Program-made: the position numbers and the translations under genes
Shown here: piece by piece, positions 15,811 to 25,615 of the stretch
Numbering within the stretch: position 1 is the first letter of the stretch
How the letters are laid out: each line of letters starts with the position of its first letter
DNA from: a virus
Lineage: Duplodnaviria > Caudoviricetes
Length of the DNA: 31,967 nucleotides
Direction: 5' to 3' (one strand)
IMG/VR virus record: IMGVR_UViG_3300049828_000433
Location: 1 to 31,967 of that record
The notes under the pieces: model-generated
What the model was told of the DNA's origin: nothing
What the model saw: only the letters and a program-made list of their open reading frames with translations
Databases searched by the model: none

Positions 15811-16206
15811 ATGAGCATTTTTGATGCTCCATTGAGCCTTGACCAAGAGTTCCTGGCATGTGGCAAGAGAGGTAAGATCACCGGCGTGACGTTCGCCGCA
15901 GAAGGTCTATACTATCGGGTAGCGTTCCCGGAAACGCCGATGTTTTTTCTTGGTGAACAGATGTTTTCCGCCAAGGATGTTTCTGTACCTCAGCCAGCCA
16001 CATCCGCGCCAAACGGGATGGAGTATATGCTATGTCAGCTTGATACCTGCCTCGGTGTCTCGTATTACGCGGAGCAAGAGAACTTTATCAAAGCGGCGGA
16101 CGATCTGCTGCGGGCAAAACGTCCGTATCATGGCTATGAGTGGGATGCCACCAAGGGCAGGTATGTGCTGGTGCAGATTGCCAATCATCCGTACCCGCAG
16201 CTATGA
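15811..16206 (+). CDS. Hypothetical protein
   Basis: GAGGA SD; ATGA overlap with next gene. Confidence 0.7.
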   Translation: MSIFDAPLSLDQEFLACGKRGKITGVTFAAEGLYYRVAFPETPMFFLGEQMFSAKDVSVPQPATSAPNGMEYMLCQLDTCLGVSYYAEQENFIKAADDLLRAKRPYHGYEWDATKGRYVLVQIANHPYPQL

Positions 16207-16502
16207 CCAAGCAGCAACGCGCCGTCTTCTTGGCGGAAAGCGCTAAGTTCTTCGCGCAGACGCTGTCGATAGACAACTTCATGGTGCGGGGCTGGCTGGC
16301 CCTGCACCAGCCGGAGAAGCAGGAATTTGCCGGGGTCAACACGACCCGGATGCTCCTGCGGGTGCCGGTGCTGCTCTGGCCCTGCGGCCTGCCTGTGCCG
16401 CAGCCAACAGACCGGCTTGCGGTGGACGGCAAGCAGTATGTGATTGAGCAGGTGCTGCAAAATGATCCGGTTTATCATCTTGTTTTGACGAGGAATAATT
16501 GA
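16203..16502 (+). CDS. Head-closure (FII-like) protein
   Basis: P.PTDRLAVDGKQYVIEQV...LVL motif; position; start at ATG 16203. Confidence 0.7.
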   Translation: MTKQQRAVFLAESAKFFAQTLSIDNFMVRGWLALHQPEKQEFAGVNTTRMLLRVPVLLWPCGLPVPQPTDRLAVDGKQYVIEQVLQNDPVYHLVLTRNN

Positions 16503-16822
16503 TGGCAACCGACGCTTATAGAGACATGATGGATTGCATCGCTAAATGGCAAGATGCAAAGTCGTTGGCTCTGGCGCATGAGGTTTGGGATCCAACGCCT
16601 TACGTCATCAATGTGCGCACTGGATCAATTGGAAGTGACACAGAACAATCAATATTGAATTGGTGCGTTGACAAACTCGGCAAAGAATCATCGCCGATCC
16701 ACGGTCAGCGAGGCAGGTGGCATCGTGGCGGCGCAGTCGTGTTCGGAGAATCAACGATGGGCTTTGCCAGTCAGGAGGACATGGCACTTTTTTGCACAGC
16801 ATTCCCGGCTTGCGTGATTTGA
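16502..16822 (+). CDS. Hypothetical protein (probable non-structural insertion)
   Basis: TGATG coupling; GAGGA SD; lower GC than flanks. Confidence 0.65.
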   Translation: MATDAYRDMMDCIAKWQDAKSLALAHEVWDPTPYVINVRTGSIGSDTEQSILNWCVDKLGKESSPIHGQRGRWHRGGAVVFGESTMGFASQEDMALFCTAFPACVI

Positions 16823-16848
16823 TATGATTCAACCAATTAGGGACTATT

Positions 16849-17046
16849 ATGGTTAGAGACGGTGATTTGCAGTACGAGTGCGGCGAGCACATTGCAGATA
16901 TCATGAAGAATTTCACAGGTGATTGCAAGTTTACGCTTATAGTGCGTAAGCCTGATTCTGGTGGTCGTTTTGTGATGACCTCAGATGATTTGCACGAGGT
17001 TGCAAAAGTTATTGCAAAAGAAATAGATGCAATCAGTCAGCACTAA
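16849..17046 (+). CDS. Small hypothetical protein
   Basis: AGGGA SD; AT-rich; overlaps next gene. Confidence 0.6.
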   Translation: MVRDGDLQYECGEHIADIMKNFTGDCKFTLIVRKPDSGGRFVMTSDDLHEVAKVIAKEIDAISQH

Positions 17047-17620
17047 CAGCGAGCAGACCAAGCTGCTGCAAGACAGCCTGCGGGCCATTCCCGGCGCAGC
17101 TGGCCGGGCCGGTGCGCGGGCTGTGAACCACGTCGCCAGCGGGCTGCGGGCAGAGGCTCCCCGTTGGATAGGCACCGAATACGCGATCCCGCAGAGCAAG
17201 GTGCTGCCGCTGTTGACGATTGAAAAGGCCACTGCCACCATGACCATCGCCTCGGCGGCAGTTGTCGGCGTGGGCAAAAAAGGCCAGCCGCTGCTTGATT
17301 TTGCGGTCGGCAACAAGTCCGCGCCGTCCACCAAGCGTACTTCAGGGGGCGGCTACACGCCGACCATCGGCGTACCGGTGTTGATCAAGCGGGCCAGCGG
17401 AAAAAAGGCCGTGCCCGGCGCGTTCGTGGCCAAGATGGATTCTGGACATGTCGGCGTTTTCAAGCGCATTCCCGGCACAAAACGGCGCATTCGGGAGGAG
17501 TTTATCGGCTCGCCAATCAACATATTGGCGCAGCCGGAATATCAAACCAAAGTGGATAGCTACGTCGACAAAGCCATGCCGGATGCGTTGATCCGAGAAA
17601 TTGATAGGGAGCTGAAATGA
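17027..17620 (+). CDS. Tail completion protein, gpZ-like
   Basis: A.RAVN; VPGAFVAKMDSGHVGVFKR...I.E..G.P; position before terminator gene. Confidence 0.8.
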   Translation: MQSVSTNSEQTKLLQDSLRAIPGAAGRAGARAVNHVASGLRAEAPRWIGTEYAIPQSKVLPLLTIEKATATMTIASAAVVGVGKKGQPLLDFAVGNKSAPSTKRTSGGGYTPTIGVPVLIKRASGKKAVPGAFVAKMDSGHVGVFKRIPGTKRRIREEFIGSPINILAQPEYQTKVDSYVDKAMPDALIREIDRELK

Positions 17621-17757
17621 TAACCGTGACTTACATGCTCGCAACAGGCTTCAGCCGCCGCTACCGGGCAGCGGCGGCTTTGGACAAGGAATGGATGCGC
17701 CACGCCCGGCGCGAGGTGATGAAGAGAAAGATGTTTTTGCTGGGGGTTAAAGAGTAA
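17617..17757 (+). CDS. 46-aa basic protein below the ORF-track cutoff (MITVTYMLATGFSRRY...LLGVKE)
   Basis: ATGA overlap upstream, TAATG overlap downstream; GGGAG SD. Confidence 0.65.
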   Translation: MITVTYMLATGFSRRYRAAAALDKEWMRHARREVMKRKMFLLGVKE

Positions 17758-18275
17758 TGCTCTCCCGCCTTGACCCGCTGGATGACCTGCTCGCTCTGGC
17801 CAAAGACCGTCTTGAGGGCATTGTTGCTGGGCAGCTCTACCCTGCGCCGGGCAACCTGATCACCGCGCAGCTGGACATTTTTTTGATTGATGTTCCGCCG
17901 CGCAACAGCAACGCGCAGCGGCCCGAAGGTGCGCCGTGCGTGAAGCTGGCTCCGCTGGACGGCGAGCGGTCTGATGCGCCGGGTAATGCAGGCGATGAGC
18001 GGTTTGAGGTGCAGTTTGTCTGGTACGCCGCCGAAGCGGACGGCAAGCCTGATCCGCTGACCGGGTATCAGCTCATGGCCGCTGAATCTGCTGAGATCAT
18101 GCGGCGTTTTTTAAAGCCATTGCAGATTGGAAACTGGATTTTAAATACCAAACATGAGCATATTTTTGGGCGGTATGTCGCAACTGCTGACGGAATAATC
18201 CTCGGCAGATTTGCTGCGCCATATTACCATATCACGTATGTTTGTTCGGCTATAAAGACAACCAAGAGGAAATGA
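17757..18275 (+). CDS. Tail terminator, gpU-like (positional)
   Basis: Size and position between gpZ-like gene and tail tube. Confidence 0.55.
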   Translation: MLSRLDPLDDLLALAKDRLEGIVAGQLYPAPGNLITAQLDIFLIDVPPRNSNAQRPEGAPCVKLAPLDGERSDAPGNAGDERFEVQFVWYAAEADGKPDPLTGYQLMAAESAEIMRRFLKPLQIGNWILNTKHEHIFGRYVATADGIILGRFAAPYYHITYVCSAIKTTKRK

Positions 18276-18276
18276 A

Positions 18277-19116
18277 ATGGGTGGAAATGCTATTCCGGCG
18301 ATTTATGAGGCAGATATATATTTCGCTTGGTGCGATGTGTACGGGTCAAGAACATTTGGCGGAAAGACATACGGCTTCCGTGACCGTGGCGAGGTGTCTC
18401 CGTTTGAATTTGGCGCAGAGCAGGAGATCACCGCGCTGATCGGCAACATGCTCTCAACACGGGATCAAGTCATCGGCAGCGTCAAAAGCAAAAAGCCTCC
18501 TGAAGGTTCTTGCGTCTTTCAGAATTCGGATGCGGAAACCGTTGCTGATGTCATCGGCGCGAAAGTAACGATTGAGACCAGAGCGGCTGAGACCTTGACT
18601 GCCTTTGCCTTCACCGCCTCTGGCATGTTCGGCGAGTACACCCCTATCGGCAAGCAGCAGATCACGCCCGGCGCGGTAATAAAAAACGCTGCCGGAACCA
18701 CAACGTATGTCAACTGGGCCGATGACCCGGCCAATGCTGATTACAAGATTGATTATGTCAGCGGCTTGTTTATGCCTGTTGCGTCCGGCGATATCACCGA
18801 AGGCCAATCCTTGACAATCACCGGCGAGCTAGCAGAAAAAACACAGACTGTGTTAGACATGACAGACCCCGGAGACACTGGACTGCGCAGGATAATGGCC
18901 ACCGTTCGCAATATCGTGTCCGGCGAAGAAGGGCCAATGGAGCTGTATTGCGTCAGAGTTGTGCCTGCTGCCAAGTTCGGCATCTCTTCGGAAGCTGGCA
19001 CCAATAAGCAGCACACCTACGCCTACAAGCTGATGCCGCAGATACCCCGTGGAGGCAACAGCTACGGCACCTTCAAGGGGCTGCCAATCGGCTACGGATT
19101 TGCACTGACAATCTAA
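18277..19116 (+). CDS. Major tail tube protein
   Basis: Position before chaperone and tape measure; inserted beta domain ADYKIDYVSGLF...GDITEGQSLTI; GAGG SD. Confidence 0.8.
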   Translation: MGGNAIPAIYEADIYFAWCDVYGSRTFGGKTYGFRDRGEVSPFEFGAEQEITALIGNMLSTRDQVIGSVKSKKPPEGSCVFQNSDAETVADVIGAKVTIETRAAETLTAFAFTASGMFGEYTPIGKQQITPGAVIKNAAGTTTYVNWADDPANADYKIDYVSGLFMPVASGDITEGQSLTITGELAEKTQTVLDMTDPGDTGLRRIMATVRNIVSGEEGPMELYCVRVVPAAKFGISSEAGTNKQHTYAYKLMPQIPRGGNSYGTFKGLPIGYGFALTI

Positions 19117-19126
19117 GGAGAGCACC

Positions 19127-19717
19127 ATGAGCAAGACCATCACCATTCCCCGCCTGACACCCGGCGCAGAGCCGCTGAAGATCACCATCGCCAAGCTGAC
19201 CAACGCCACGAACCGCCGGGCGACCGTGCTGAACATGCAGTATTTCCTCGCCCGCCGAACCCGCGCCGTGGAATTGCTTGAGCGCGAGGCCGAGGAAAGC
19301 AAGGGCATGTTGCAGCAGATCAAGGTTACTCCTATGCTGGCTGACAGCCTTGACCATGCGTCCGTTGTCTATCTGCGCCAAGCTGGCGAGGCCGCAGCGG
19401 CCCGGAAGAAACTGGAAGCTGACCGGCTGCGGGTGATAAATTGCCTCGGCGAGGTCGGTGATTTCGACATTGATGTTTTGCAGGCAGAGGATTCGCCGAT
19501 CTTCACGGCATGGCTCATTGCGGAGAAAATCCTGCTGAATCCGATCTATGTCGAGATATGCACCGGCCTGACGCTGGCTGACTTCGAAGACGTGGACTTT
19601 GACGATTTAGCGCTGGTCTGCCGGGAGATCATGCGGGTTAATGCAACTTTTTTTTCCGCCGCGCTCCCGACGTTGTGGACGGAGTGCCAGAAGCATCAAG
19701 ATCAGCCGACAGCCTGA
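19127..19717 (+). CDS. Tail assembly chaperone (gpG-like)
   Basis: Between tube and tape measure; VNATFF at the slippery site; AAGGAG SD. Confidence 0.8.
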   Translation: MSKTITIPRLTPGAEPLKITIAKLTNATNRRATVLNMQYFLARRTRAVELLEREAEESKGMLQQIKVTPMLADSLDHASVVYLRQAGEAAAARKKLEADRLRVINCLGEVGDFDIDVLQAEDSPIFTAWLIAEKILLNPIYVEICTGLTLADFEDVDFDDLALVCREIMRVNATFFSAALPTLWTECQKHQDQPTA

Positions 19718-19866
19718 TCAAGGCTGTCTGCCGGTGGATTGACACCACAGACAGAAACATGGTTATGCTCGCAAGCTACGGCTTTTCTGATCCGTGGAGC
19801 ATGGATGATGAAACAACACGGGCGACCTTGCGAGCCATACAAAAAGTTTACCCTCCGCAAACGTAA
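19648..19866 (+). CDS. gpT-like extension made by programmed -1 frameshift
   Basis: T TTT TTT heptamer at 19648-19654 in the gpG frame; -1 frame open to TAA 19866, adjacent to the tape measure ATG. Confidence 0.8.
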   Translation, partial: FFFRRAPDVVDGVPEASRSADSLIKAVCRWIDTTDRNMVMLASYGFSDPWSMDDETTRATLRAIQKVYPPQT

Positions 19867-22407
19867 ATGGCAGATCGGCGCATAGAGTGGCAGATAGCCC
19901 TTGACTCAGCAGGCGTGAGCAAAGGTGTCAAAGGCATTGACGTAGAGCTTTCCGCTATGCGCAAAGCCTTTGACTCCTTCTCGCGCATCAAGGCATTTGA
20001 TGCGCAACTGACCGCGCTCAACGATCTTGCCTCTAAATTGGAGGCGGCCAAAGCTAAGGCCGCCGCCCTCGCTCCTGCCGCCGAAACTGGTGGCAAGGCC
20101 GCGCAGAATGCCTACGCCAAGGCCGCCTATGAAGTAACCCGCCTTGAGCAATCTCTCCGCTCGCAGACCTCCGCTGTCGCTGCTTCCGCCGCCGCGCTGG
20201 ACAAGGCGGGCATCTCCACCGAAGACCTGGCCGCCGAGACGGCCCGCGTTGCCGAAGAGTACAAGGCCGCCGCTGCGGCTGCTGGTCAAGCTGCCAAGTC
20301 GCAGGAGGCATGGGCGGCCACCGGCGTGCGCTCAACCAAGGAGCTTGAGGCGGAGATTGCCAAGCTCCAGCAGCTCACCAAATCTGGCCTGTTGGATGAG
20401 CGCGGCATTGCCGCCGCCGAGGCGCGGATTGAATCCCTGAACAAAGAGCTGGGCCGCACGCCGCCAGCGGCGCAGTCGGGCGTGGCTGGCCTTGCGTCGC
20501 TGACCAAGGGCGCGGCTGGGCTGGCGGCAGCATATCTGTCCATTGAGTCCGCCAAGCAGGCTGTCGCTGTCACCGCTGAGTTTGGCGATGAGCTGCAAGC
20601 TGTGGCCGCCTTCAGCGGGGCGACGGCGGCGGAGATGGCCAAGCTGCGCCAAAATGCCCTTGACCTTGCAGGAGCGGCTGGCGGCCCCCGCGCCATCGCC
20701 GCAGGGATGGCTGATCTTGCGGCATCTGGAGCCTCTGCGTCTGAGATAATGGGCGCAACTGGCATTGTCAGAGACATGGCCGCCGCGTCTAAGGGTACTC
20801 TTGATTTTGCCAAAGCTGGCGACTTGCTGACTAACGTCCTCAAGATGTATGGCAAGCAGATCACTGATGCGCAGCCTGTTGCGGACAGACTCGTGACTGG
20901 CTGGAGTTCGGCAGGACAGACGGCTGCCGACTTGGAAATGAGCATCAAAGAGGTTGGCAGTACATTTTCAAATTTGTACGGATATCTTGGTAATACAGCA
21001 CCGCTTGAAAAGACAATCGCAACGTTGTCCGTGATGGCGGAAACAACATTTAAGGGAGAGAAGGGCGGAACAGCCTTAAAAACTGCACTAAAAAATCTTA
21101 TTGCGCCAGCAGGCGAGGCGGAAAAAACACTTGCAAAATACAAAGATACAATAAAAATCTTTGATGATGCAGGCAATATGAGAGACTTTGCCGACATCAT
21201 AGATGATATTGGCAAGTCAGGTCTTTCGTCTGGAGAGATGTTTAATCTCTTTGGAGATTCCACCGCCGCGATGACTGCGCTTGTCAATCTTGGCGGCAAT
21301 TCCATCCGCAACATGGAGGCCAAACTCAAGTCTGCGGACGGCACAGCGGCCAAGGTGCAGACCACCATGCAGGACGGGCTTGGCGGCGGCATCCGGCAGG
21401 CGGGCGCGGAAATTGAAAAGGCTGCGATCATCTTCACCGACCAATTCGGCCCGGCTCTCCGGGCCACGCTGTCGCTGGCGGGTTACGCTGACAATGTCGT
21501 GCAAGGATTGTCCGGCACAATCAAGACTGTAGCTGCGGTCACGACGGCAAGCTACGGCGTGATCATGCAGCTGCCGAGGGCATTTGAGGCCATCACAGAC
21601 ACGCTTGGCATCACTGATGCCAAAACCACGGTCTGGGCGGACAACTCCCGCACTGCCTTCGCCGCCGCTGCTGGCCTTGGCCGCGAGGCCAGCGCGTTTT
21701 TTAAGGCCGCAGCCGGGAGCGTGGATGAACTGGCAGAAGCACAGAAGCGGCTGGACGGCATCAACGCGCAGGTGAGTTCGCGCTTCAACGAGATTTCGCA
21801 GGCCACCGGCGTGACCGTCAGCACCATGCAGGAGCTGGATGCCGCCGTCGCTGCCGGAAAAATCAAATGGGATGATGCGACAAGCTCTTGGATTGGCTCC
21901 GAAAAACAGAAGCAAGAGGCGGTTGCAAAGACTGCGGTTGAAGCGACGGCAGCGGCGGAAAAGGCTGCGGATTTTGAAAAAGATGCCCGCAAGGAGGTGG
22001 AGAAATCGTGGGAGGAATACGGTAATCAAGTTAAAAAAATATCAGAAGAGATCTATAACAAGGGGAGATCTTTAGATGAACAGCTAAAAGAGATGGCCCG
22101 CTCCGGCATGTCCGCTGCTGAAGCGCAGAAGGCAATAAAAAAAGAAGCTGAAGATGCCTATGCCTCAGCGGCCCGGCTGGCAGAAACTGGCAACTTTGAT
22201 GCCGCCCTGTCCACCGCTGCCGCAGCCAAAGAATCATGGGCAGATGTAGCTGGTAATGTCCGCGAGGCTACGGAAGAAGTTGAAAAAACAAAAGAAAGTT
22301 TGGCGGAGGCTACGGAAAAACTTGGCGAGCTGAAGGCGAAGGCAGGGAAAGACGGCATAATTTCCGAGTCTGAGCAGGAAAGTATTGATAATGCAAAAGA
22401 ATCATAG
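19867..22407 (+). CDS. Tape measure protein, N-terminal part (TP901-type core)
   Basis: Ala-rich helical protein; GAT.AEM..LR..A..L; KGEKGGTALK; DDAGNMRDFADII. Confidence 0.93.
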   Translation: MADRRIEWQIALDSAGVSKGVKGIDVELSAMRKAFDSFSRIKAFDAQLTALNDLASKLEAAKAKAAALAPAAETGGKAAQNAYAKAAYEVTRLEQSLRSQTSAVAASAAALDKAGISTEDLAAETARVAEEYKAAAAAAGQAAKSQEAWAATGVRSTKELEAEIAKLQQLTKSGLLDERGIAAAEARIESLNKELGRTPPAAQSGVAGLASLTKGAAGLAAAYLSIESAKQAVAVTAEFGDELQAVAAFSGATAAEMAKLRQNALDLAGAAGGPRAIAAGMADLAASGASASEIMGATGIVRDMAAASKGTLDFAKAGDLLTNVLKMYGKQITDAQPVADRLVTGWSSAGQTAADLEMSIKEVGSTFSNLYGYLGNTAPLEKTIATLSVMAETTFKGEKGGTALKTALKNLIAPAGEAEKTLAKYKDTIKIFDDAGNMRDFADIIDDIGKSGLSSGEMFNLFGDSTAAMTALVNLGGNSIRNMEAKLKSADGTAAKVQTTMQDGLGGGIRQAGAEIEKAAIIFTDQFGPALRATLSLAGYADNVVQGLSGTIKTVAAVTTASYGVIMQLPRAFEAITDTLGITDAKTTVWADNSRTAFAAAAGLGREASAFFKAAAGSVDELAEAQKRLDGINAQVSSRFNEISQATGVTVSTMQELDAAVAAGKIKWDDATSSWIGSEKQKQEAVAKTAVEATAAAEKAADFEKDARKEVEKSWEEYGNQVKKISEEIYNKGRSLDEQLKEMARSGMSAAEAQKAIKKEAEDAYASAARLAETGNFDAALSTAAAAKESWADVAGNVREATEEVEKTKESLAEATEKLGELKAKAGKDGIISESEQESIDNAKES

Positions 22408-23246
22408 AGCTAGAGGCACAGCTTAAAGAGAACACCAAGGCTGTCAAGGAACAGAAGGCCGCGCTGGAAGAGGCGATGGCTGGTGTCAAAAAAGCTGGCG
22501 AGCTGGAAATCGAAATCCTTATAAAGCAAAAAGAGGAATACAAATCTTTGGCCGATCAGCTTGATGAGGCTTTTCATTTCTCTCACGCTTCGGAACAGAT
22601 AGATAAATTCATTAAGGAGAAACTCGGCGGCGTGTCCACGGCGACAACTGCTGCCGCTGAATCTATCAAGACAAGCATTTATGCGTCGGCAACATCCGTT
22701 GTAGCTGCATCAGAGCGCATAACAGCCAGCGTCAATGCAATCCCGTCCAGTAAGGAAATATTAGTCACAGAGCGTTATGTGCAGGCGGCAGCAGGCGGCG
22801 GGATAATACATGGTTTCGCAAGCGGCGGCAGCCCGGATTTCCGCCGCCTGTCCTCGCCGCACATCACCACCGGCAGCGGCCTGCGCGATGACGTGCCTGC
22901 GATGCTCATGCGCAATGAGTACGTCCTCAGGGCCAGCGCAGTTGCCGCGCCAGCCCTGAAGGGCGACGGCATCGCACTGGCAACGGCGCACAATCATGGC
23001 AACTGGGAGCGGATGCAGTCCATCCTCGCCAAGCACCTTGGCCCGCCGCAAATCAAGCTGGACATGCCCGCGCCGCGCCAGCAGATGCAAAATCTTGGTA
23101 TTATTGATGTACATCTGAACGGCAGCAAGGTCGCGGAAGTATATGCCACGCCGGACAATGCTATGAATTTGAACGCAGCGATTGAGGCAATACGGCGCAA
23201 AGAGCAGCACGCGGCGAACGCAAAAAAACGAGCGGGGGTGAAGTGA
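22395..23246 (+). CDS. Tape measure protein, C-terminal part in -1 frame
   Basis: Frame open from 22392 and continues the coiled coil (RIIELEAQLKE); carries the TMP C-terminal motif FASGG...GSG..DDVPAML..NEYV. Confidence 0.85.
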   Translation, partial: KRIIELEAQLKENTKAVKEQKAALEEAMAGVKKAGELEIEILIKQKEEYKSLADQLDEAFHFSHASEQIDKFIKEKLGGVSTATTAAAESIKTSIYASATSVVAASERITASVNAIPSSKEILVTERYVQAAAGGGIIHGFASGGSPDFRRLSSPHITTGSGLRDDVPAMLMRNEYVLRASAVAAPALKGDGIALATAHNHGNWERMQSILAKHLGPPQIKLDMPAPRQQMQNLGIIDVHLNGSKVAEVYATPDNAMNLNAAIEAIRRKEQHAANAKKRAGVK

Positions 23247-23668
23247 TGGCAGCCATCTGCAAAATCGGCGCGGTGGAACTGGATGTCAATCTCTCCTGCC
23301 CTGCCCTGCATGTGCCGCGTAAAGCCCTCAATCCCGTGCTGTTCTGCGGCGGCAAAGAGACAACACTTACCACCGGCCCGCTGCCAGACTTAGAGCTGCT
23401 TGCGCTGGACACCGGCAGCGGCGTTAAAGGGTATGTCACCTACGCGCAGATCAAGGCTCTCCGCACCCTGCCTGACGGCATTCCGCAGCTTTTCCTGCAC
23501 CCCACGGCAGACGAGCTGGGAATATCCGGCATCATGGTGGTCGTTGACAAAAGCACGTTGACTCCAAATTATCTGACCAGGGTCAATGATCAAGGTCTTG
23601 GCTGGGGCAATCAGCCACAAGATGCCGACGCATTTTTTGGATCAATAAAATTAATAAGGATTACTTGA
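23243..23668 (+). CDS. Tail-tip protein (distal-tail position)
   Basis: GTGA overlap with TMP stop; C-terminal F.GSIKLIRI strand. Confidence 0.6.
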   Translation: MMAAICKIGAVELDVNLSCPALHVPRKALNPVLFCGGKETTLTTGPLPDLELLALDTGSGVKGYVTYAQIKALRTLPDGIPQLFLHPTADELGISGIMVVVDKSTLTPNYLTRVNDQGLGWGNQPQDADAFFGSIKLIRIT

Positions 23669-23669
23669 T

Positions 23670-24716
23670 ATGGTAATGCGAATGCTCCGGGCTGAGTCCA
23701 ACGAACAAGACGGCACCAACGGCGGAAAGCCGCTGGCAATAGATATTCTTGCCAATGGTTCGTTCCCGCGTTTCAGCAGCAAAACCAATGCAGATGATTT
23801 TTTTCTGTGGTGTAAATGTTTTTGCTGGGCTGATTCAAACACTGATCCAGTCCAACAAGCTGCTTATGATCTTTTTGATCTACAAGTTGCTCTCACTTTT
23901 GGCAATCATTTTTACAACATCGTGCCGCAAGATGGCCCAGCAGGACTGCGGTCAACGTGGGCCGATGTAGAACCTAATCTTGCAACGCTACGTCGCTACG
24001 GCGTAGGCCGCCTGACCGCCCCCGCTGCCGTTGGCGACACGTCTATAACTGTAGATGTCAAAAACTCCATCCTTGCCACCGGTGATGAAAGCATCTTCCG
24101 GGCTAACGGTAGCACGATCACGGACAATCTGATTATTGACAAGCGGTCTGCGCCCGGAACGCTTGACTGGGCGCAGATGGAGGAGATTGTAGGCAGCAAT
24201 GCGGTGCCGAATGGCAGCACTGTGACAATCACGCTTGCAGCTCCGCTGGTCAATTCGTATCCTATTGATGCCAGAGTCTATTCCCAGCCGGATAAAGTTG
24301 ATCTTGTGCCGTCCATCACCAACGTGGTGATGACTAACGCAGGCAGCACCACGTTTGCGCAAGCGTCTGTGGTGCTGTATCCGGCATCGACCTGGGTCGA
24401 TGAAATCGAAATTGAACTGCTCGCTGCGAATGGAAACTACAAGGTTACGTCGGCGAAATACGGTGTGGCTGGCGGCAGCAGCCCGATCACCTACAACAAG
24501 GCCACGGCCGCAAGCCCTTCATGGCCCGCGATTGGCGTATCAGGGCCGCAGTTCAAAATTCCGGCCGGGTGCATCGGCGGCACCAATGCAGCCGGAAACA
24601 AGATCACGTTCAAGGTCAATGGCTCCATGATGGCCTTCTTTGTCTTGCTGCACCATCCTACAAACGCGGGCCTCAAATCGCATACGCAGGTGCTTACGGT
24701 TAAATACGAGGTATAA
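23670..24716 (+). CDS. Virion structural protein, tail tip
   Basis: Beta-rich, Thr/Gly-rich; LTAPAAVGDTSITV; coupled to next gene. Confidence 0.7.
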   Translation: MVMRMLRAESNEQDGTNGGKPLAIDILANGSFPRFSSKTNADDFFLWCKCFCWADSNTDPVQQAAYDLFDLQVALTFGNHFYNIVPQDGPAGLRSTWADVEPNLATLRRYGVGRLTAPAAVGDTSITVDVKNSILATGDESIFRANGSTITDNLIIDKRSAPGTLDWAQMEEIVGSNAVPNGSTVTITLAAPLVNSYPIDARVYSQPDKVDLVPSITNVVMTNAGSTTFAQASVVLYPASTWVDEIEIELLAANGNYKVTSAKYGVAGGSSPITYNKATAASPSWPAIGVSGPQFKIPAGCIGGTNAAGNKITFKVNGSMMAFFVLLHHPTNAGLKSHTQVLTVKYEV

Positions 24717-25615
24717 TGATCGTCGCATCTGGCTCTATCACTGTCACCAGCCCGGCCTCTTCCGGCGCACTAGTGAGCCGACGCTGTGTCCGCGTCAAAC
24801 AGGACAATAGTAAGCGGACGCAATGCCCAGGCGGCAGCTCGGACGTGATGAAGCTGATCAAACTGATTATGGGTTTTCCAGTCGCCGCCGAAGATGATGA
24901 TGAATTCGACGGCACCTTCCGGGTGCCCATTATCACGCAAGACGATGGGCAGGGTCACGGCATCAGCATCACCCACGGCACGATTGGCGAGCCGCAGGAA
25001 GGGCTGACGCGGCACAATGAGAACATCTCCACCTCGCCCTCAGATTGGGTGGAGGCGAGCGGGGACGTTGAGTTGGATCTGGCCGACAAGCTGGAGTTTG
25101 CGCCGAACATGGTGACTTCCGCGCGTCTCGTCGGCGAGGCACTGGATAGGACATGCAACCAGATTCCCGGCGCGGCGGTGCGGATCAGCGGCAGCAAGCT
25201 GATTACCGGCTCGGCCTGCTATGCGCAGATTGCGGTCAGCTATTCGGCCTACACTACCACGCGGCAGGTGGAGGTCCCACCGCGCAGTGAGGAGGGCGAC
25301 GAGGAAAATTATTATCAGTCCAACCTTGTTATCCAATCAGAGTGCGGCAGGCTCGAACGGATAAAGGTTGATGTGCCGCAGTGCTTCGAAGACTGGGCGC
25401 TGCGGGAAACAGAAGGAGACCGGCGACTGTTGGCAGATGTGTCGGCGCAATGGTCGATATGTGGCAATAAGCCGCTTAAGTCTGACCCGGATGGATTGTA
25501 TGAGCATCTGCAAACCACAATTGGCACCGGTCAGGATGTCTGCTGGGAGGGCAAAAAATGCCCGTCCCTGCCTGATCCATCCGACTGTCTGCCCGATGGC
25601 AAGGAGGAGGTCTGA
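24716..25615 (+). CDS. Tail-tip protein, paralog 1
   Basis: TAATG coupling; N-terminus MIVASGSITVTS. Confidence 0.75.
   Translation: MIVASGSITVTSPASSGALVSRRCVRVKQDNSKRTQCPGGSSDVMKLIKLIMGFPVAAEDDDEFDGTFRVPIITQDDGQGHGISITHGTIGEPQEGLTRHNENISTSPSDWVEASGDVELDLADKLEFAPNMVTSARLVGEALDRTCNQIPGAAVRISGSKLITGSACYAQIAVSYSAYTTTRQVEVPPRSEEGDEENYYQSNLVIQSECGRLERIKVDVPQCFEDWALRETEGDRRLLADVSAQWSICGNKPLKSDPDGLYEHLQTTIGTGQDVCWEGKKCPSLPDPSDCLPDGKEEV

Noticed and set aside
20286-22029. Long minus-strand ORFs inside the tape measure (similarly 8066..9016 inside terL)
   Set aside because: Antisense open frames expected from GC-rich, Ala-rich codon usage
22405-22413. Amber read-through or stop-codon recoding of the tape measure
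   Set aside because: The 0 frame hits a second TAG two codons later and is not TMP-like; the continuation is in the -1 frame; TAG ends terL normally
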